A stretch of 64,000 bases of DNA from the human T2T-CHM13v2.0 reference genome, Homo sapiens. The DNA is taken from positions 37,568,001 to 37,632,000 of the forward strand of contig CP068257.2 in NCBI GenBank assembly GCA_009914755.4, read 5' to 3'. Below, one piece after another: positions 43,736 through 60,609 of this stretch. Within the stretch, counting starts at the first letter, position 1, and every line of letters begins with the position of its first letter. Below the pieces are notes generated by a model. That model saw only the letters and a program-made list of their open reading frames with translations. It had not been told where the DNA came from and ran no database searches. Both the position numbers and the translations under genes were made by a program.

Positions 43736-44557
43736 TGCAGTAACTAGAAAGATCAATGTCTTAACATCATTTATGAATGTGTACACCAGATGACACAGCC
43801 TGGGTAAAACTTAGTATTTCTAACAAAAATCCAAGAACTGATAAAAGAATGAACCATCCTACTTCTAACTCAATACACAAGCTCCCTGGATAGCATTACA
43901 CACTGAACATATATTTGTACACCTGTGAAACAGGTACTACAGTTACTATTAACAGTTGCTATTACTACCCAGCCTAATGACAGTCATTCAATCATCAATT
44001 ATATCCTGAGATTAATAATCTACACAACTCTGAATAAGTGAGCCCTCCTTAAATGATCATCACAAAAATCACATTCGAGTAATTTAGTACCTACATTGAG
44101 GTACTAAAATTACTCCAATGTGTAATTTTACTCGAATGTGTAAAATTACATTGAGGTAATTTTAATTTTTTAATTTTTCTGCCCACCTATACATTACATG
44201 GTTATAAAGCAAAGTGTATATGAATTTTTTATTTCTTAACAAAACAGTGTCAAGTCTTCCCATTTAAGTCTACGTTGTTATGATATCAAGGGTAAAATAA
44301 TTGGGTATACCAGAACATTTTCAGTGTGAAATCTGAAATTACTTTTCAACCTTCTGATCATTTTAGATCCTAGTATAATTGTGTAAATTATGCCAATGTT
44401 ACATCAAAGATAATTATATACAATATAGTACAGGGAAGTCTAAAAGGAAGTAAGTCTACCCTAGCCTATAGTCAAGGAGTGAAAATAATCTTTTCCAAAT
44501 GTCATGAACCAAAAGAACAGAAGAAAAGTTGCTCGTCTAAAAAAGTCTACATAATAG

Positions 44558-44866
44558 GGCTGGGCACGGTGGCTCACACCTCTAATCCCAGCAGTTTGGG
44601 AGGCAGAGGTGAGTGGATCATGAGGTCAGGAGTTCGAGTCCAGCCTGACCAACATGGTGAAACTCTGTCTCTACTAAAAATACAAAAATTAGCCGGGCGT
44701 AGTGGCGCACACCTGTAATCCTAGCTACTCAGGAGGCTGAGGCAAGAGAATCGCTTGAACTTTGGAGGCAGAGGTTGCAGTGAGCTGAGATCACACCATT
44801 GCACTCCAGCCTGGGTGACCTAGGGAGAAAATGCCTGCCCTGCCCACCGTCCCCCGGCCCCTACCA
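44558..44866 (+). mobile_element. Alu flanked by a 14/16 target-site duplication (aaaagtctacataata / agaaagtctgcataatca). Its 3' end carries about 47 bp of non-Alu sequence instead of a poly-A tail.
   Basis: gggctgggcacggtggctcacacctctaatcccagcagtttgggagg..cactccagcctgggtgacctagggagaaaatgcctgccctgcccaccgtcccccggcccctacc. Confidence 0.85.
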
Positions 44867-44945
44867 AGAAAGTCTGCATAATCAGTAAGTACCAAGCCGT
44901 AAGCAAAATATATTTATAGGTCACTTATATCTCTTCCGGAATTTA

Positions 44946-45155
<210 letters not shown>

Positions 45156-45798
45156 TTAAACTCTCTACATAGCAGGTTATATAGTCTAAAAGCAGCACTG
45201 TCCAAAAGAAACATGAGATCTACGAATGTAATTTTTAATTTTCAACCAGCTATATTTTAAAAGGTAAAACAGTAAACTTCATAGCATATTTTAAATATAT
45301 CCAAAATATTATTTCAATGTTATCAAAACAAAATAGAGATCTGACATATTTTTTCTTCATAACTACTCTTCAAAATGCAGTGTGTACATTCACAACACAT
45401 TCATTTCTTTAAAAAAAAATGTTTATGCCTCATACTCTGCCAAGTCACATATTAAGACATTCAATCAAACCATCCATATTTCAAGTGAGCAGTAGCCACA
45501 TGTGACTAGTGGTAACCTTATTAGACAGCACAGGTGTAGGAAATTATTTATTCTGAATTTTTTCAAAAACAAAGGGCAGAAAAAATTTGGCCCGTATGTC
45601 AGAATTCCCCACCCACATAAGCAGCATGAAAACCATATAAAACAGACTGCCCACACTTAACTATAACTGTGACATGCCTACTATGACTTCAGGGTCAGGG
45701 ATGGGTTTCCTAGCCATCAGAAGCTCGAGCCACATCTTAGGCTATCCACAGTGCTCTACCAGTTACCCTGGAGTTAAATGGGAAGGGCATGCTAATCA

Positions 45799-46002
<204 letters not shown>

Positions 46003-46291
46003 TTAATGGTTAAAATAAAAGCAATTCCTTAATACTATAATTCTCCACATACTGTTATATTAAGTAAACTCATAATTTAGGCTTCCAAACCCGCAGACAA
46101 GTTTAATTAATACCATTAATTACATTCAATTTTGCTAAAGTTAATCTCCACATATTTAATACAGTTTCTAATACAAAGAACATCCTTTAGAAAATACATT
46201 ACAAAAGTGTAAGATTGAAAACACAAATCTCGGATTAGCGCAATATCTAACGACAATCACTGTTAAAAATCTAACATATTTCCTTCTGGCT

Positions 46292-46586
46292 TTGTTTTGG
46301 AAACAGGATCTCACCATGTTGCCTAGGCTGGAGGGCAGTAGCACAATCATGGCTCACTGCAATCTCAAACTCCTGAGCTCAATCAATCCTCCCACATCAG
46401 CTTCCCGAGTACCTGGGACTGACTACAGGTACAACATGCCACCACACCAAGCTAATTTTTTATTATTTGTAGAGACAGGTCTCCCTATGTTGTCCAGACT
46501 AGTCTCGAACTCCTGGGCTCAAGTGATGCTCCCACAACAGCTTCCCAAAGTGCTGGGATTATAGGTGTGGCCTGCCACACCCAGTC
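46292..46586 (-). mobile_element. Alu (older, diverged)
   Basis: ggaaacaggatctcaccatgttgcctaggctggagggcagtagcacaatcatggctcactgcaatctcaaactcctgagctcaatcaatcc..gtgctgggattataggtgtggcctgccacacccagtc. Confidence 0.88.
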
Positions 46587-48718
46587 AATGCACATTTTTA
46601 TTTATATAGCTTTATATTATACAGTGAAAATGTGTAAGCATTCTACTTATTCATAAGTGTTCTTCAAAATCTTGATATTAAGTTTCTGCCTAATACATTC
46701 AGTAAGTAATATTTGTTGAGAATCTACCATATGCTATGACCTCTTCTAGGCAGTAGGGACAGGACGGTAAACAAGTGAAAGTCCCTACCTGGATGGAGTA
46801 TCCATCAAATGGATTTGCCATAGTCAACCTTCCCCCCAGTGTCTGCTTCTCTGATACTAGGAATACAACAGATCATTCATCCACTTATTCACTGAACAAA
46901 TGTTATTATTATAATGTACCAAACAAAGTGCTAAGCATAGTTTTCATTATTCACAGCAGTTATGTTCTATAGTCACCTAGAACACTGAAATAAAATACTA
47001 AATCAGTGCTATAGAGAATATATAGGGATAGGTTCCTGCAAAATTCTGGTCACAACACTGTAGTAAACCAGTGCATACGTAACTTGGTTTTATGCGTGTT
47101 TCCGTTTAAAGGTACCTTATTTAATATGTTGTTGATTTGCAAACATTTAACTGATACCTGAATGAAGCTTATCTAACATACCTTCTCCATAAGGCACATC
47201 TCAGCCTTCTAGCACTTAAGAACACTAGAGAGCATGTCAGCACTACGCTTAGGGGCCATTTTAAACAGCAAAGTCACCAGAAAAAGCACAAAAATGGAAA
47301 ACATGTGGCACTGAATAGACCATGAAAAGGACACTTGTTTGCAGTGCGAGAGCTTAAAAAAAAAAAAAGGCAGAGCAACACCTTGTTCAACCTCAACTAG
47401 AAACATGCTCGTCAGGCAAGTCAAATTTTTCACCACCCTGAGCATGTCCAGAAATGACCAAAAGGCTCTGAGAGTACTGTTTGGGGGATTACAAATAAAG
47501 CAAGTACGCAGTTCACAAATACAGAATCCAAGAATAATGAGGATGGACTGTACTTAGGTACACAGTCCTAAGTTAAACAGACATAAATAAAACCGCCAAT
47601 GTATATAAAGCCTAACTTATACAAGCAGAGCCATTAAGTTGAATATAAGTGTTAAAAACAGCTATATTTGTTAAAATAACTAGCATTTTCTTCATTTTCT
47701 AAGTTTTTAAAAGTATCAAAATCTGTAGAATAAAAATATAAAAAATAAAAAAACACGTGTACTACTACCCCACAGATCATCACCATTGACATTTTGATGT
47801 TGTTCTTTTGATTGGCTGCAAATGTTTTCAAAATTTTGCTACCATAACCAGAAATACCACTTCACACCCCATTTTTCCTATTAGTAATACACTGTGAAAA
47901 TGTATCCATCATTCATTCAACAAATATTTTTCAACCTTCAAGTACAAGATGGGCTGTACATAGTAAGTGACTGTGTGAATGCACCATGATTTGGTTCATT
48001 CACTATTGTGGAATATCTGAATTTTTTTTTTCCAGCTTTGTTTCTGTCAACAGTGAGTGAACTACAATACTCATATATTTACAAGCATTTCTGCTTGTTT
48101 TCCAAATTACCAGAAGAGTAAAATCACAGAATTAAAAGTTCCAAATATTTTTCAGTTTCAACTACTATTAACAAAATATCCCCTAGAAAGCCTGGACCAC
48201 TTCACACACCCCACCAGCAATCTGAATAACTGTTAACAAACCAACATCTTTGCCACTTGCTAAAATGTGGAATTCTTTCTTGAGCTAAAAACAAACGAAA
48301 TCACAAAATTGGCTAAGTATTGAAAAGGAAAAATTATTATTTCCTTATTTTATTATCCATGAGGTTAAACCCTTCTTCCAGTTTTTATTTCTTCTTTTGA
48401 AAACTTGCATTTCTTCCTCTGAAAATCTGTCTTGGATACATAAACATTTTTAAGAGTGATAATATATATATTGCCAAGCTGCCTTTCTGAAACTCTAGGT
48501 TGTTGCATTTAACATTTTACACACCAATCAGCAACATACAAATTTTGCCCATTGACAAACAAGCCATTCCCACAGGATCTTAAGGTTTGGTTACAGCAGA
48601 AATGTTATCAAGTAGGAAAGAAAGTAATAAAATATGTTTCCAACAGGTTTTTAAATAGATTTGTAAGTAATTTAACTATGTATGTGCTAAAATGTTTAAT
48701 GATTTAATAATGCCATCA

Positions 48719-48832
<114 letters not shown>

Positions 48833-48920
48833 CTACAAAAGGGAAATATGCATTTAAAAATTAAGAGCAATATAAACTTTATGTTCCATATTCGTGTTTT
48901 TAAATTTGTATTACTCTCAC

Positions 48921-49046
48921 CTCATCACCCATTTGAGGAACAAAAGGAGATTTTCTAAGTGTGGTGTCAGTAATCCAAACTGGAGGGTGAAATTCATATA
49001 AATGCTCCATATTTGCAAGCTCTGCTGGAGTCATCCTCCGCAAATT
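48921..49046 (-). CDS. BRWD1: Coding exon encoding [42 protein letters not shown]. Acceptor tctcttccccttggtag|AATTTG, donor GATGAG|gtgaga.
   Basis: Contains the PHIP/BRWD-family signature ..[15 protein letters not shown]. 126 nt, phase 0-0. Confidence 0.9.
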
Positions 49047-50245
49047 CTACCAAGGGGAAGAGAACAAAGTTTCTTAGATTAGAAAGGGGCAGCATGCACT
49101 GTCTGAATGAAAAATAAAAGAAACTTTCACCATTCAGAATGACTATTTTTGCCATGTCCATCTAATGATTAGTTTTCACACAGCATATATATTTAGTTCC
49201 TTTACACAGGAATATATCACTTAAAAAAGCATTGTAAATCTACCTAACATTTTCCTAGCATCATCTCCTAAATTTCTGATAGATTCTTCATGCTATTTTA
49301 CATCCCATTTTAGGGGGCTAATACCCAGCCTAAATCCTCTTTTACCCATAGCCTGTTCTGCCAAGACTCCACTCTGAGTTTGGCCACAGGCTAATCATCA
49401 CAAGGAGTCTCCTCTTGATTTTAGGTTGTAAGACCGGTGATTTCAAAATATGCCTACAAATTCCCCAATAGTTCTCTCCTTTTCAAGAAGTGGAAGTCTC
49501 CTCCTCTTAAGTGTGGACTACACTTAATGACTCACTTCTACCAAATATAATAAAGCCGATGAGACTATGTGCAACTTCTAAGACTAGGTCATAAATGGGG
49601 GCTTATCCCTGGCTACTGTTAAATCATTCACTCTGAGGAAAATCATAACTCAAGCAGCCAGCTTGAGTTGAAAATCAACACTCAAGCAGCCAGCTAAGGA
49701 GAGACCTGTGTGGCAAGGAACTGAGGCCAAAAGCCATATGAATAAGCTCGGAAAGAATATCATCCAACCCTCATCAAGTCCTCAGATGACTGCAGCCCCA
49801 GTCAACATGTTGTAACCTCATGAGCCAAAATCACCCAGTTAAATCAGCTCCCAGTTCCTGATCAACCAATACATGAAATATGCAACGTTTGCCATGTAAA
49901 CACCTAAATTTTAGGGTGGTTTGTTATATACAGCAATAGATAAATACAAAGACTTAACATCTTTAAACAATGACTACCTGCTTGAAATCAGCACAGTGTA
50001 CACAAATAAATAGGGATGTTATTAAATGAAGAGACAAGTATGAAGACAGACATGTAAAATGAAAATGGTAAACGTAGCAATAACACACACACACAAAAAA
50101 AAAGCACCTTAAAATTCCTTGAAGTCTACTACTAGTGTTGAAATTGACAGGAGAAAATAAGTGTTGCCGTGAGATTCTGAGCAAAATAGAGCTTTCTCTT
50201 TAAGTTTCAGATTTGGAAAGGTTTAACTGTCAAGCCCACTACTCA

Positions 50246-50657
<412 letters not shown>

Positions 50658-51483
50658 TCATTTAAACCAACAATCAAAAGCCTCTAACTGGAATGTATCT
50701 TTTTCATTATTTGGTTATGATATATTAATACCAGATCCTGGGGAAGCAACAATGAGAGATGCAGAAGCATTCCTGGCCCTGAAGAAGCTTACAGTCTACT
50801 GGGTAATACAGACGCTGAATGAACAATTACAAGTACAATACAGAAGGAGCTTATGTTTGGGAAGCTAACCTCTTAATGGAGGGATGGGATTTAGAATCTT
50901 TTTTACTGTTATCCTATATATTATTAAGAAGGCATGGAAAGCTTAAGAAACAATTACATTAAAGCAACATTTGAGACAAGGTAAAGCTGAGGGGGAAAAC
51001 CACAGCTTTTGCTTTGATAAAGATAACCTATATTCAAGTCCAAGACTTAAGGTACTCTCAAAAAGTAACTAAAACTTTATTTTTACTTAACCCTTTGTTT
51101 AGATACTTAAACCTGAAATTAAGCCAAAAAGCATAATATGAGACCCCAGAAAACTCACACCCCACTCAACCAACCCAGAGTTTTTACAATTTAAATGGGG
51201 CAAAAGATTTCAATAGCACCAACAGCTCAGGGAACATGTTAAACCTCTTGTCTTATATCCAGAAAATCAGAAAACTGGGCTAAACACGATGTATTTCAGA
51301 AGGTGTTTAAAATTATTTGCATGATTTAACCTCGCCAAAACAAGCTTGCTAGTTTAAAGACACCTTTATACCAATGCTTCACATCATCAGTGAAAACTGT
51401 TTATCAAGAGGGAGCAGTATGGAGTACAGAAACAGCATGAACCAAAATCTCACACTTAATCTTTTAACATTAATGGAATTTCA

Positions 51484-51830
<347 letters not shown>

Positions 51831-51959
51831 GGCATAAAGCACTGCTTTGTTTTAAAACTGCATGTGTGTTTTGTCTCCAAGACCTTAATCAACACCCTCA
51901 ATGACAGCATTCTTATAAATGATAGCCAACTGTAGGTCCTTGCTGTGGCTTCTCTTCTG

Positions 51960-52664
<705 letters not shown>

Positions 52665-53124
52665 TCATGGCAGTTCCATCTCCTCAAGACTGAAGTGAAC
52701 GACACTGGTGGACTTCAAGTCTCTCGCAGGGAGACCAGGGCCCCAGTCCTGCAAAGGACTCCGCATCTGTGAAGCAAAGGCCTCCCCCATAAGTCCCACT
52801 ATATCTGCCCCCACCCATCCCTCCAAAGGACTGACAGATGCTCCCTTCCTTCCCACAGGCCCCAGAGCTCCTGCTATCCACAGGGGTTGAAAGTAGGAGA
52901 CAGAGGAGTCCACAGTGCCCTTCAGAATCCCCAAGACACACAGGGTACCTGCTGCACCCTGGGAGTGCAGTGAGCTTCCCCAAGGAGGGCTGACAGCTCG
53001 CCCAGACCAGCCCCAGAGCAGGGCCCAAGACACCCAAGGCACCACTATGCCAGTATCACGAGAAATGTTAAAACAACATTTGAAATGGGGTAAAGCTGGG
53101 GTATCATGATACATGCTATTTTTA

Positions 53125-53394
<270 letters not shown>

Positions 53395-55025
53395 TCATAT
53401 AAAATTGAGGGAACAGAGAGAGGAGAAAAAGGGAAGGGAAGATACCAGAAAGACTTAACTTGAGCATTCTCCCCTCACTACCAGCAAGTACTGAAGTGAC
53501 TAAAGATCATGACAAACATAAGAGAAAAAGAGAAATCTTCACTAACACTAGAAATTAGGAAAGGATGTAAACCCGAAAAAAAAAATTTAGGTATATTGTA
53601 GATAAAATATGATGGAAGACAACTAGCAATTACCCCTTCAAGGAAACAAAACACAGACTTATAGAAACATAAGAATCATACAAAACCCCAAAAATAGGCC
53701 CCACCACTACCCCCATGTTGGAGGAAGCTGAGGTATAGACCAGGAATTTCAACTGGAATCACAAGCCATCAATGAACACACTGAGAAGCCCAAGGGAAGC
53801 ATAGCTACACCAAACTGAAAGCCTTAAGTAGTCAGTTTCTTGCCAAGAGGAGTCTCCCTGATAGAAAGAGACTAGTCCTAGTCCTTAGCAAAATCAGAGT
53901 CAAAGAGGAAACTAGTTATAGAAAACTAGTCCCTGGTCCACTACTAGCTTCACCAAACAGAAATAATAATAAAAATAAAGGACTCTACTTGGGCCATCCT
54001 TGGCCCAACTTCAACCAACCACACACCTTTTCGTCTCTATCAAATACACAGGTAAACACATTACAAAAAGGTATTTATTAGAAAAAGAGCTTATTTATGA
54101 AAATTATAAAAGCATCTGTTTTAGATAAATAAAATTCAAGAAAAGTTGAATTAGAAGACAATGAATGAAAACACGGAAGGTAGAATAGTGGTTGCCAGGG
54201 ACATGAGGAAGGGTAAAGAAAAGAATCATTCTTTAATTGGTATAGAATTTCCGTTTTGCAAGATAAACAAGGTTCTGGAGACTGGCTGCACAACTATGTC
54301 AATGTACGTAACAGTACTGAACTGCATGCTTTAAATGGTTATATTTCTGTTATGTGTATTTTACCACAATTAAATTTGTTTAAAAAAAGATAATACATTA
54401 TGTTCTTAAAAAAATCATTCTAGCTCCTTATCATAATGAAGTAAAACAAGACAAGAAAGGAAGCAGAGAGTATGTGATAATGGTTTGAACCAAACAGTAC
54501 CAATTAAAAAAAAAAGAAAGATGATCTGAGTGATAGGAAGGAGAATTTTCTAGCCATGTTACGGATAGGTGGACAAGAGAGATTAAGGTCCAGTTTTCTG
54601 GATTGAGGATCTGTTGAGATGAAGGTGACGTGCACCAAGAACCAGAGGCTGACATTTTGGACCCAGGAAATCTGGATCTCAAAACTAACAAAAATTCAAC
54701 ACATGCAATAATAATGAATATACTGTGGTTTTACCACACATACTTTAGATACTAGTCTTTTTAAGTGCAACCAAGATTAAATTTATATTTTCAGTATGCA
54801 TGTTCAACAGTGCTGGGTCAACTGCTTAAAGTCAAAAAAAAAAAAAAAAAACTCCTGAAATACTCCTATAGGAACAGCTGTTGGATCTAGTTTTTGTCTC
54901 CTTTTAAGTGTATTAAAAACTGTTCCACAGTTGCAAATTCTTGCCTCTTGAATAAAATTCAAGTATGATTCCATCCAAGACTATGACTAAAATGCTTAAA
55001 AGACCACAACAATAAAAACAGATAC

Positions 55026-55120
55026 CTTGAACTTTCGCTGTAACTCTCACTTTTTCTGTCACTTCTCCATTCATCCTCTTCTGAAGAACCAGAACCTTCA
55101 CTCTGATCACAGGAAGTCTC
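55026..55120 (-). CDS. BRWD1: Coding exon encoding ETSCDQSEGSGSSEEDEWRSDRKSESYSESS(S), the acidic serine-rich linker after the WD40 region. Acceptor ttcacaaattag|GAGACT, donor GTTCAAG|gtatctg.
   Basis: Open frame and splice sites. 95 nt, phase 0 to 2. Joins in frame to exon 53143-53332 as ..SESS|S|DSSSRYSDW. Confidence 0.8.
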
Positions 55121-55399
55121 CTAATTTGTGAAGGGGGGAAAAAAATCTTGATCCCTGAAGTTAAACAACACATGTCCAGAAAAAAGCTGTACACAATCCT
55201 CCCCAGTAAGATTAAATCATCTAAGAAAAATGAACAGTAATCAGTAAATATATAATCAGATAAACTTAAAAAGCAAACTTCTTCACTACATCCCTTTCTT
55301 ATCAAAGCATAAGACAAAAAGAGAACATCCGTAAGATTTAACACTACCACCATTAGCAAAGAAAGTGATACAACAGGCCATTCTGAGTAAAGTTAATAA

Positions 55400-56890
55400 A
55401 AAGTCAATGTAAATGTTTTCCATTTTGGACTTTAGCTATTCTAATAGATGTATCTAATTGTTGTTCTAGTTTTCAATTCCCTGTGACATATTTTGGTAGC
55501 TTTTCATATGGTTATTTGTCATCTGTTTATCTTCTTTGGTGAGGTGTCTGTTAGATCTTCTGCCCATTTTTAAATTAGGCTGCCTTCTTATTGCTTGGTT
55601 TTAAGAGTTCTTTGTATATTGTGAATATAAGTCATTTATCAGATATAAGTTTTACTAATATTTTATCCTGGTTTGTGGCTTATCTTTTCATTCTTTTAAT
55701 AGTGTCTTTCCCAAAGCAGTTTTCATTTCAGTGTAGTCCAAATTTTTTATATTTTTTCTTTCATGATTGTGCTTTTGATATTGTATCTAAAAAGGTCAAT
55801 GCCACACTCATGGACACATAGATTTTGCCCTTTGTTATCTTCTAGAAGTTTTATGGTTTTTTTGTTTTACATTTACATTAAGCTTATGATTCATTTTGAG
55901 TTAATTTTTGTGAAAGACTGGTGTCTAAGATTTATTTTGTATGTGAATGTCCAGTTATTCTACCACTGGCTGAAAATGATAAATTTGTCCACCAAGTTCT
56001 CTTTGCTCCTTTGCCAAAGATCGTTTGAATATATTTGTGTCAGTCTGTTTCTGGGCTCTTTATGTTGTTCCATTGATCTGTTCTTTCACCAGCATCACTG
56101 TCTTGAAAACTGCAGATTTACAGTAAGTCTTAATGCCAAGTAGAGTGTCAGTCTTTCAGTTTTATTCTTCTTCAGTGTTGTGCTGGCTATACTGGATCTT
56201 CTTCCTCTCTATATAAACTCGAAAAATCAGTTTGTCAGTAAAATTAATTTGCTGGGATTTTGTTTGGGATTGTGAATCTACAGATGATGCTGGAAAGAAT
56301 TTTTTAACAAGGGTGTGGATCAGCAGGAACTCTCATTCATTACTGATAGGAATGCAAAATGGTACAGCTACTTTGGAAGACAGTTTAGCAGTTTCTTATA
56401 AAACTAAACATAATAAGATCCAGCAATCACACTTGATGTTTACCCAAATGAGGTGAAAAATTATGTCCGCACAAAAACCTACACCCAGATGTTTATACCA
56501 ACTTTATAATGGCCAAATCTTGGAAGCAACCAACACATCCTTCAGTAGGTAAACTGATAAAACTATGGTATATCCAGACAATGAAATATTATTCTGTGCT
56601 AAAAAAAACAAACAAACAAACAAAAAAATCAAGCCATGAGAAGGCATGTAGGAAATGTAAATGCATATTAATAAATGAACGAAGCCAATCTGCAAAGGCT
56701 ACTAGCTATATGATTCCAATTACATGGCATTCTACAAAGATAAAACTATGAAGACAAAAAATCAGTGATTGTCAGGGGCTGTTGGGAAGAGAAAGATGAA
56801 CAGATGGAGCACAGAGGATTTTTAGGGCAGTAAAATCATTCTGTGTGATATTATAATGGTGGATACATGTCATTATAAATTTGTTAAAAA
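55400..56890 (+). mobile_element. L1 fragment (ORF2 3' part and 3'UTR). It is interrupted by an Alu right arm at 56896-57057 and resumes to about 57420.
   Basis: ..ttttggtagcttttcatatggttatttgtcatctgtttatcttctttggtgaggtgtctgttagatcttctgcccattttt..gggtgtggatcagcaggaactctcattcattactgataggaatgcaaaatggtacagctactttggaagacagtttagcagtttc..ccagacaatgaaatattattctgtgctaaaaaaaac matches the L1 consensus. Confidence 0.8.
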
Positions 56891-57421
56891 ATTAACTGGG
56901 CATGGTAGCACATGCCTGTAGTCCTAGCTACTCAAGAGTCAGAAGCTGGGAAATCACTTGAGCCTAGGAGTTCGAGGTTGCAGTGAGCTATGATTGCACC
57001 ACTGCACTCCAGCCTGGGCCATAGGGCAAGACCCTGTCCCTAAGAAAAAGAAAAAATCAAATAAATATATCCCCAAATGACACTTCCAGCAGTACAAAAA
57101 TACGTATACAAAATATTATTCACTGTAGCATTATTTATAATGTAAACATTGGAAACAACCTAACTGCCCATAACCAGGAGAACGATTCAATAAACTGTTT
57201 CAATCATGCCATAAAGTACTACATAACTCTTAAAACAAATAAGGATCATATGGAGTGATCTCAAAGATATTTTAAGTGAAAAATGTCAAGTGTGGGACTA
57301 TCTGTAGTATGCTGTATTTTGTATAAGAAGGATAAATAACTTTTGAAATATTTGTACTAAATACAATTTGGTTAACGACAAAAAAAGAACAGTAAGTAAA
57401 TAACTAAACTCTACATACTAG

Positions 57422-57710
<289 letters not shown>

Positions 57711-57718
57711 TAAGTTTA

Positions 57719-58117
<399 letters not shown>

Positions 58118-58559
58118 TCATTAAAATCAGAATAATGTGAAGTCGTGCATAACAATGACAGATATACAGACAAAAAAATACATGTGTCTGCATATAATAT
58201 GTATACACAGGCATACTTTTTATCGTGCTTTACTTTATTGTGCTTCACAGTTGTGTTTTTTACAAATTGAAGTTTTGTGACAACCCTGAACCCAGTAAAT
58301 TTATTGGTGCCATTTTTAAACAGCATGAGCTCATTCTTGTCTCTATGTCACATTTTAGTAATTACCATATTTCAAACTTTTTCATTTTTATTGTATCTGT
58401 TACTGTGATTTGTGATTAATGATCTTTGATGTTACTATTCTAATTGTTTTGGGGGCACTAGGAACAATACTCATATAAGATAGCACACTTAATGAATACC
58501 ATGTGTGTTCTGACTGCTCCAGTCTATTCCCTGAGATACAATATTGCAATTAGACCTAC

Positions 58560-59640
58560 TAATAACCATACAATAGCTTCTAAGTATTCAAAAATGAAAG
58601 AGTCACACATATCTTACTTTAACTCGCAATGTAGAAATGATTAAGCTTAGTAAGGAAAGCATGGTGAAAGCCAACACAGGCTAAAAGCTAGGCCTCTTGC
58701 ACCAAGTAGCCAAGTTGTGAATGCAAAGGAAAAGTTCTTCCAAGAAATATAAAATGCTATTCCAGTGAACACACAAATGGTAAGAAAGCAAAATAGCCAT
58801 ACGGCTAATATAGAGAAAGTTTTGGTGTCTGGATAGAGGGTCAAACCAGCAATAACATTCCCTTAAGCCAAAGCTTAACCCAGAGCAAGGCCCTAACTCT
58901 CTTTAACTCTATGAAGGCTGAGAGGTGACAAAGCTGCAGAAGAAAAGATGGAAACTTGCAGAGGTTGGTTCATGAGGTTTAGGGAAAGAAGGCATGTCCA
59001 TAACATAAAAGTGTAAGGTGAAGCAGCAAGTGCTTTAATGGAGAACCTGCAGCAAGTGATCCAGAAGATCTAGCTAAGATAATCAAGGAAAGTGGCTACA
59101 ATAACAGATTTTAAATGCAGATGAAATAAATAGCCTTCTATTGGAAGAGGATGACATCTAAGACTTTCACAGCTAGAGGGACTTATGGCTTCAAAGCTTC
59201 TAGGACAGGCTCACTCTCTTGTTAGGGCTAATGCAGCTGGTAACTTTCAACTGAAGCCACTGTTCATTTTTACCTTTTCAAAAATCTCAGGCCCCTTAAG
59301 AATTATGTTAAATCTGCTCTGCCTGAGCATAAGAAATGGAACAACAAAGCCTAGGTGACAGCACATCTATTTACAGCATCATTTACAGCATGGTTTACCA
59401 GATATTGTAAGCCCACTGTTCAGACCTACTGAGCAGAAAAAGAAGACTCCTTTCCAAATATTACTGCTTGTGGACAATAGACCTAGCCATCCAAGACCTC
59501 TGATGGGCACATCAAAGGAGATTAATGTTGTTTTCATGCCTGCTAACACCACATCCATTCTGCAGCCCATGGATCAAGGAGTAAATCCAACAATCAAGAC
59601 TGTAATTTTACCATAGAGAAACCTGCAAACACCACCACCT
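58560..59640 (+). mobile_element. Tigger1-like (pogo / Tc1-mariner superfamily) DNA transposon remnant. A degenerate transposase frame is still recognisable.
   Basis: Plus-strand translation with stops and frameshifts reads ..[186 protein letters not shown]. This matches the Tigger1 transposase motifs ..FKILLLIDNAPGHP.. and ..[21 protein letters not shown]. as recalled. Confidence 0.75.
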
Positions 59641-59986
59641 TAGGAAGTGATCAAAGCACGTATCACCAGTAGTGGGACAAAACAAATCATGTGCTTTCTG
59701 ATGTGATGCACTGAGAAGAACAGTATATTTTCTGTCATATTACTGCCAAAAATGCATGACCCTAATCATCAAAATTACCAGTCATAAATCATCAAAAAAT
59801 ATCAACATTAAAACAAAAATCAAGGAACTAGACTAGATTCAGGTTACTAAACAGACACAACAAAATGTAACACGTGATCCAGGATTTTATTTTGCTATGA
59901 AAATTATCAGGACCATTGACTGGTAAAATTTGAGTAAGATCTGCAGATCTGATAATGACATTATATTGTTGTTTACTGCCTCATTT

Positions 59987-60297
59987 TTTGTTTTTTTGAC
60001 ACAGTGTCTCACTGTGTCACCCAGGCTAGAGTTACACTGGCGCAACCAAGGCTCATTGCAGCCTCAACCTCCTAGGCTCAAGTGATTATCCTGCCTCAGA
60101 TTCCAGAGAAGCTGGGACTACAGGTGTGTCACCACACCCAGCTAATTTTTTTTTTCTCATTTTTTTGTGGAGGAGGGCTTGCCCCGTATTGCCCAGGCTG
60201 GTCTCGAACTCCTGGGCTCAAGCCATCCTCCCACCTCAGTCTCCCAAAGTGCTGAGAATTACAGGCATGAGACACTGCACCCAGCCTGATTTTGATA
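59987..60297 (-). mobile_element. Alu
   Basis: T-rich then gacacagtgtctcactgtgtcacccaggctagagttacactggcgcaaccaaggctcattgcagcctcaacc..ggcatgagacactgcacccagcc. Confidence 0.9.
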
Positions 60298-60609
60298 ATT
60301 ATATCACTTGTTTTTGAAAATACACAAGGAAATATGTAGATATCAAGAGGCATATGTACAACTCACTCTCAAAAGGATTAAAACATATTCATACATACAG
60401 GAGAGTGATAACAGTCAGGGTGGTAAACACAAAGGAATTTTTATTATTCTTAGAACTTTCATGTCTGAAATTACATCAAAATAAAAAATTTACACCTGAC
60501 AGATAGGAGGCATTCAATAAATTTTTTTTTAAGTTTAATTTCCCCAAATCCTCAAGTGAACTGATGCTTCGGTAAGGCAGGGTTTCTGCTCTGAGATCAT
60601 GCTGCTAAC

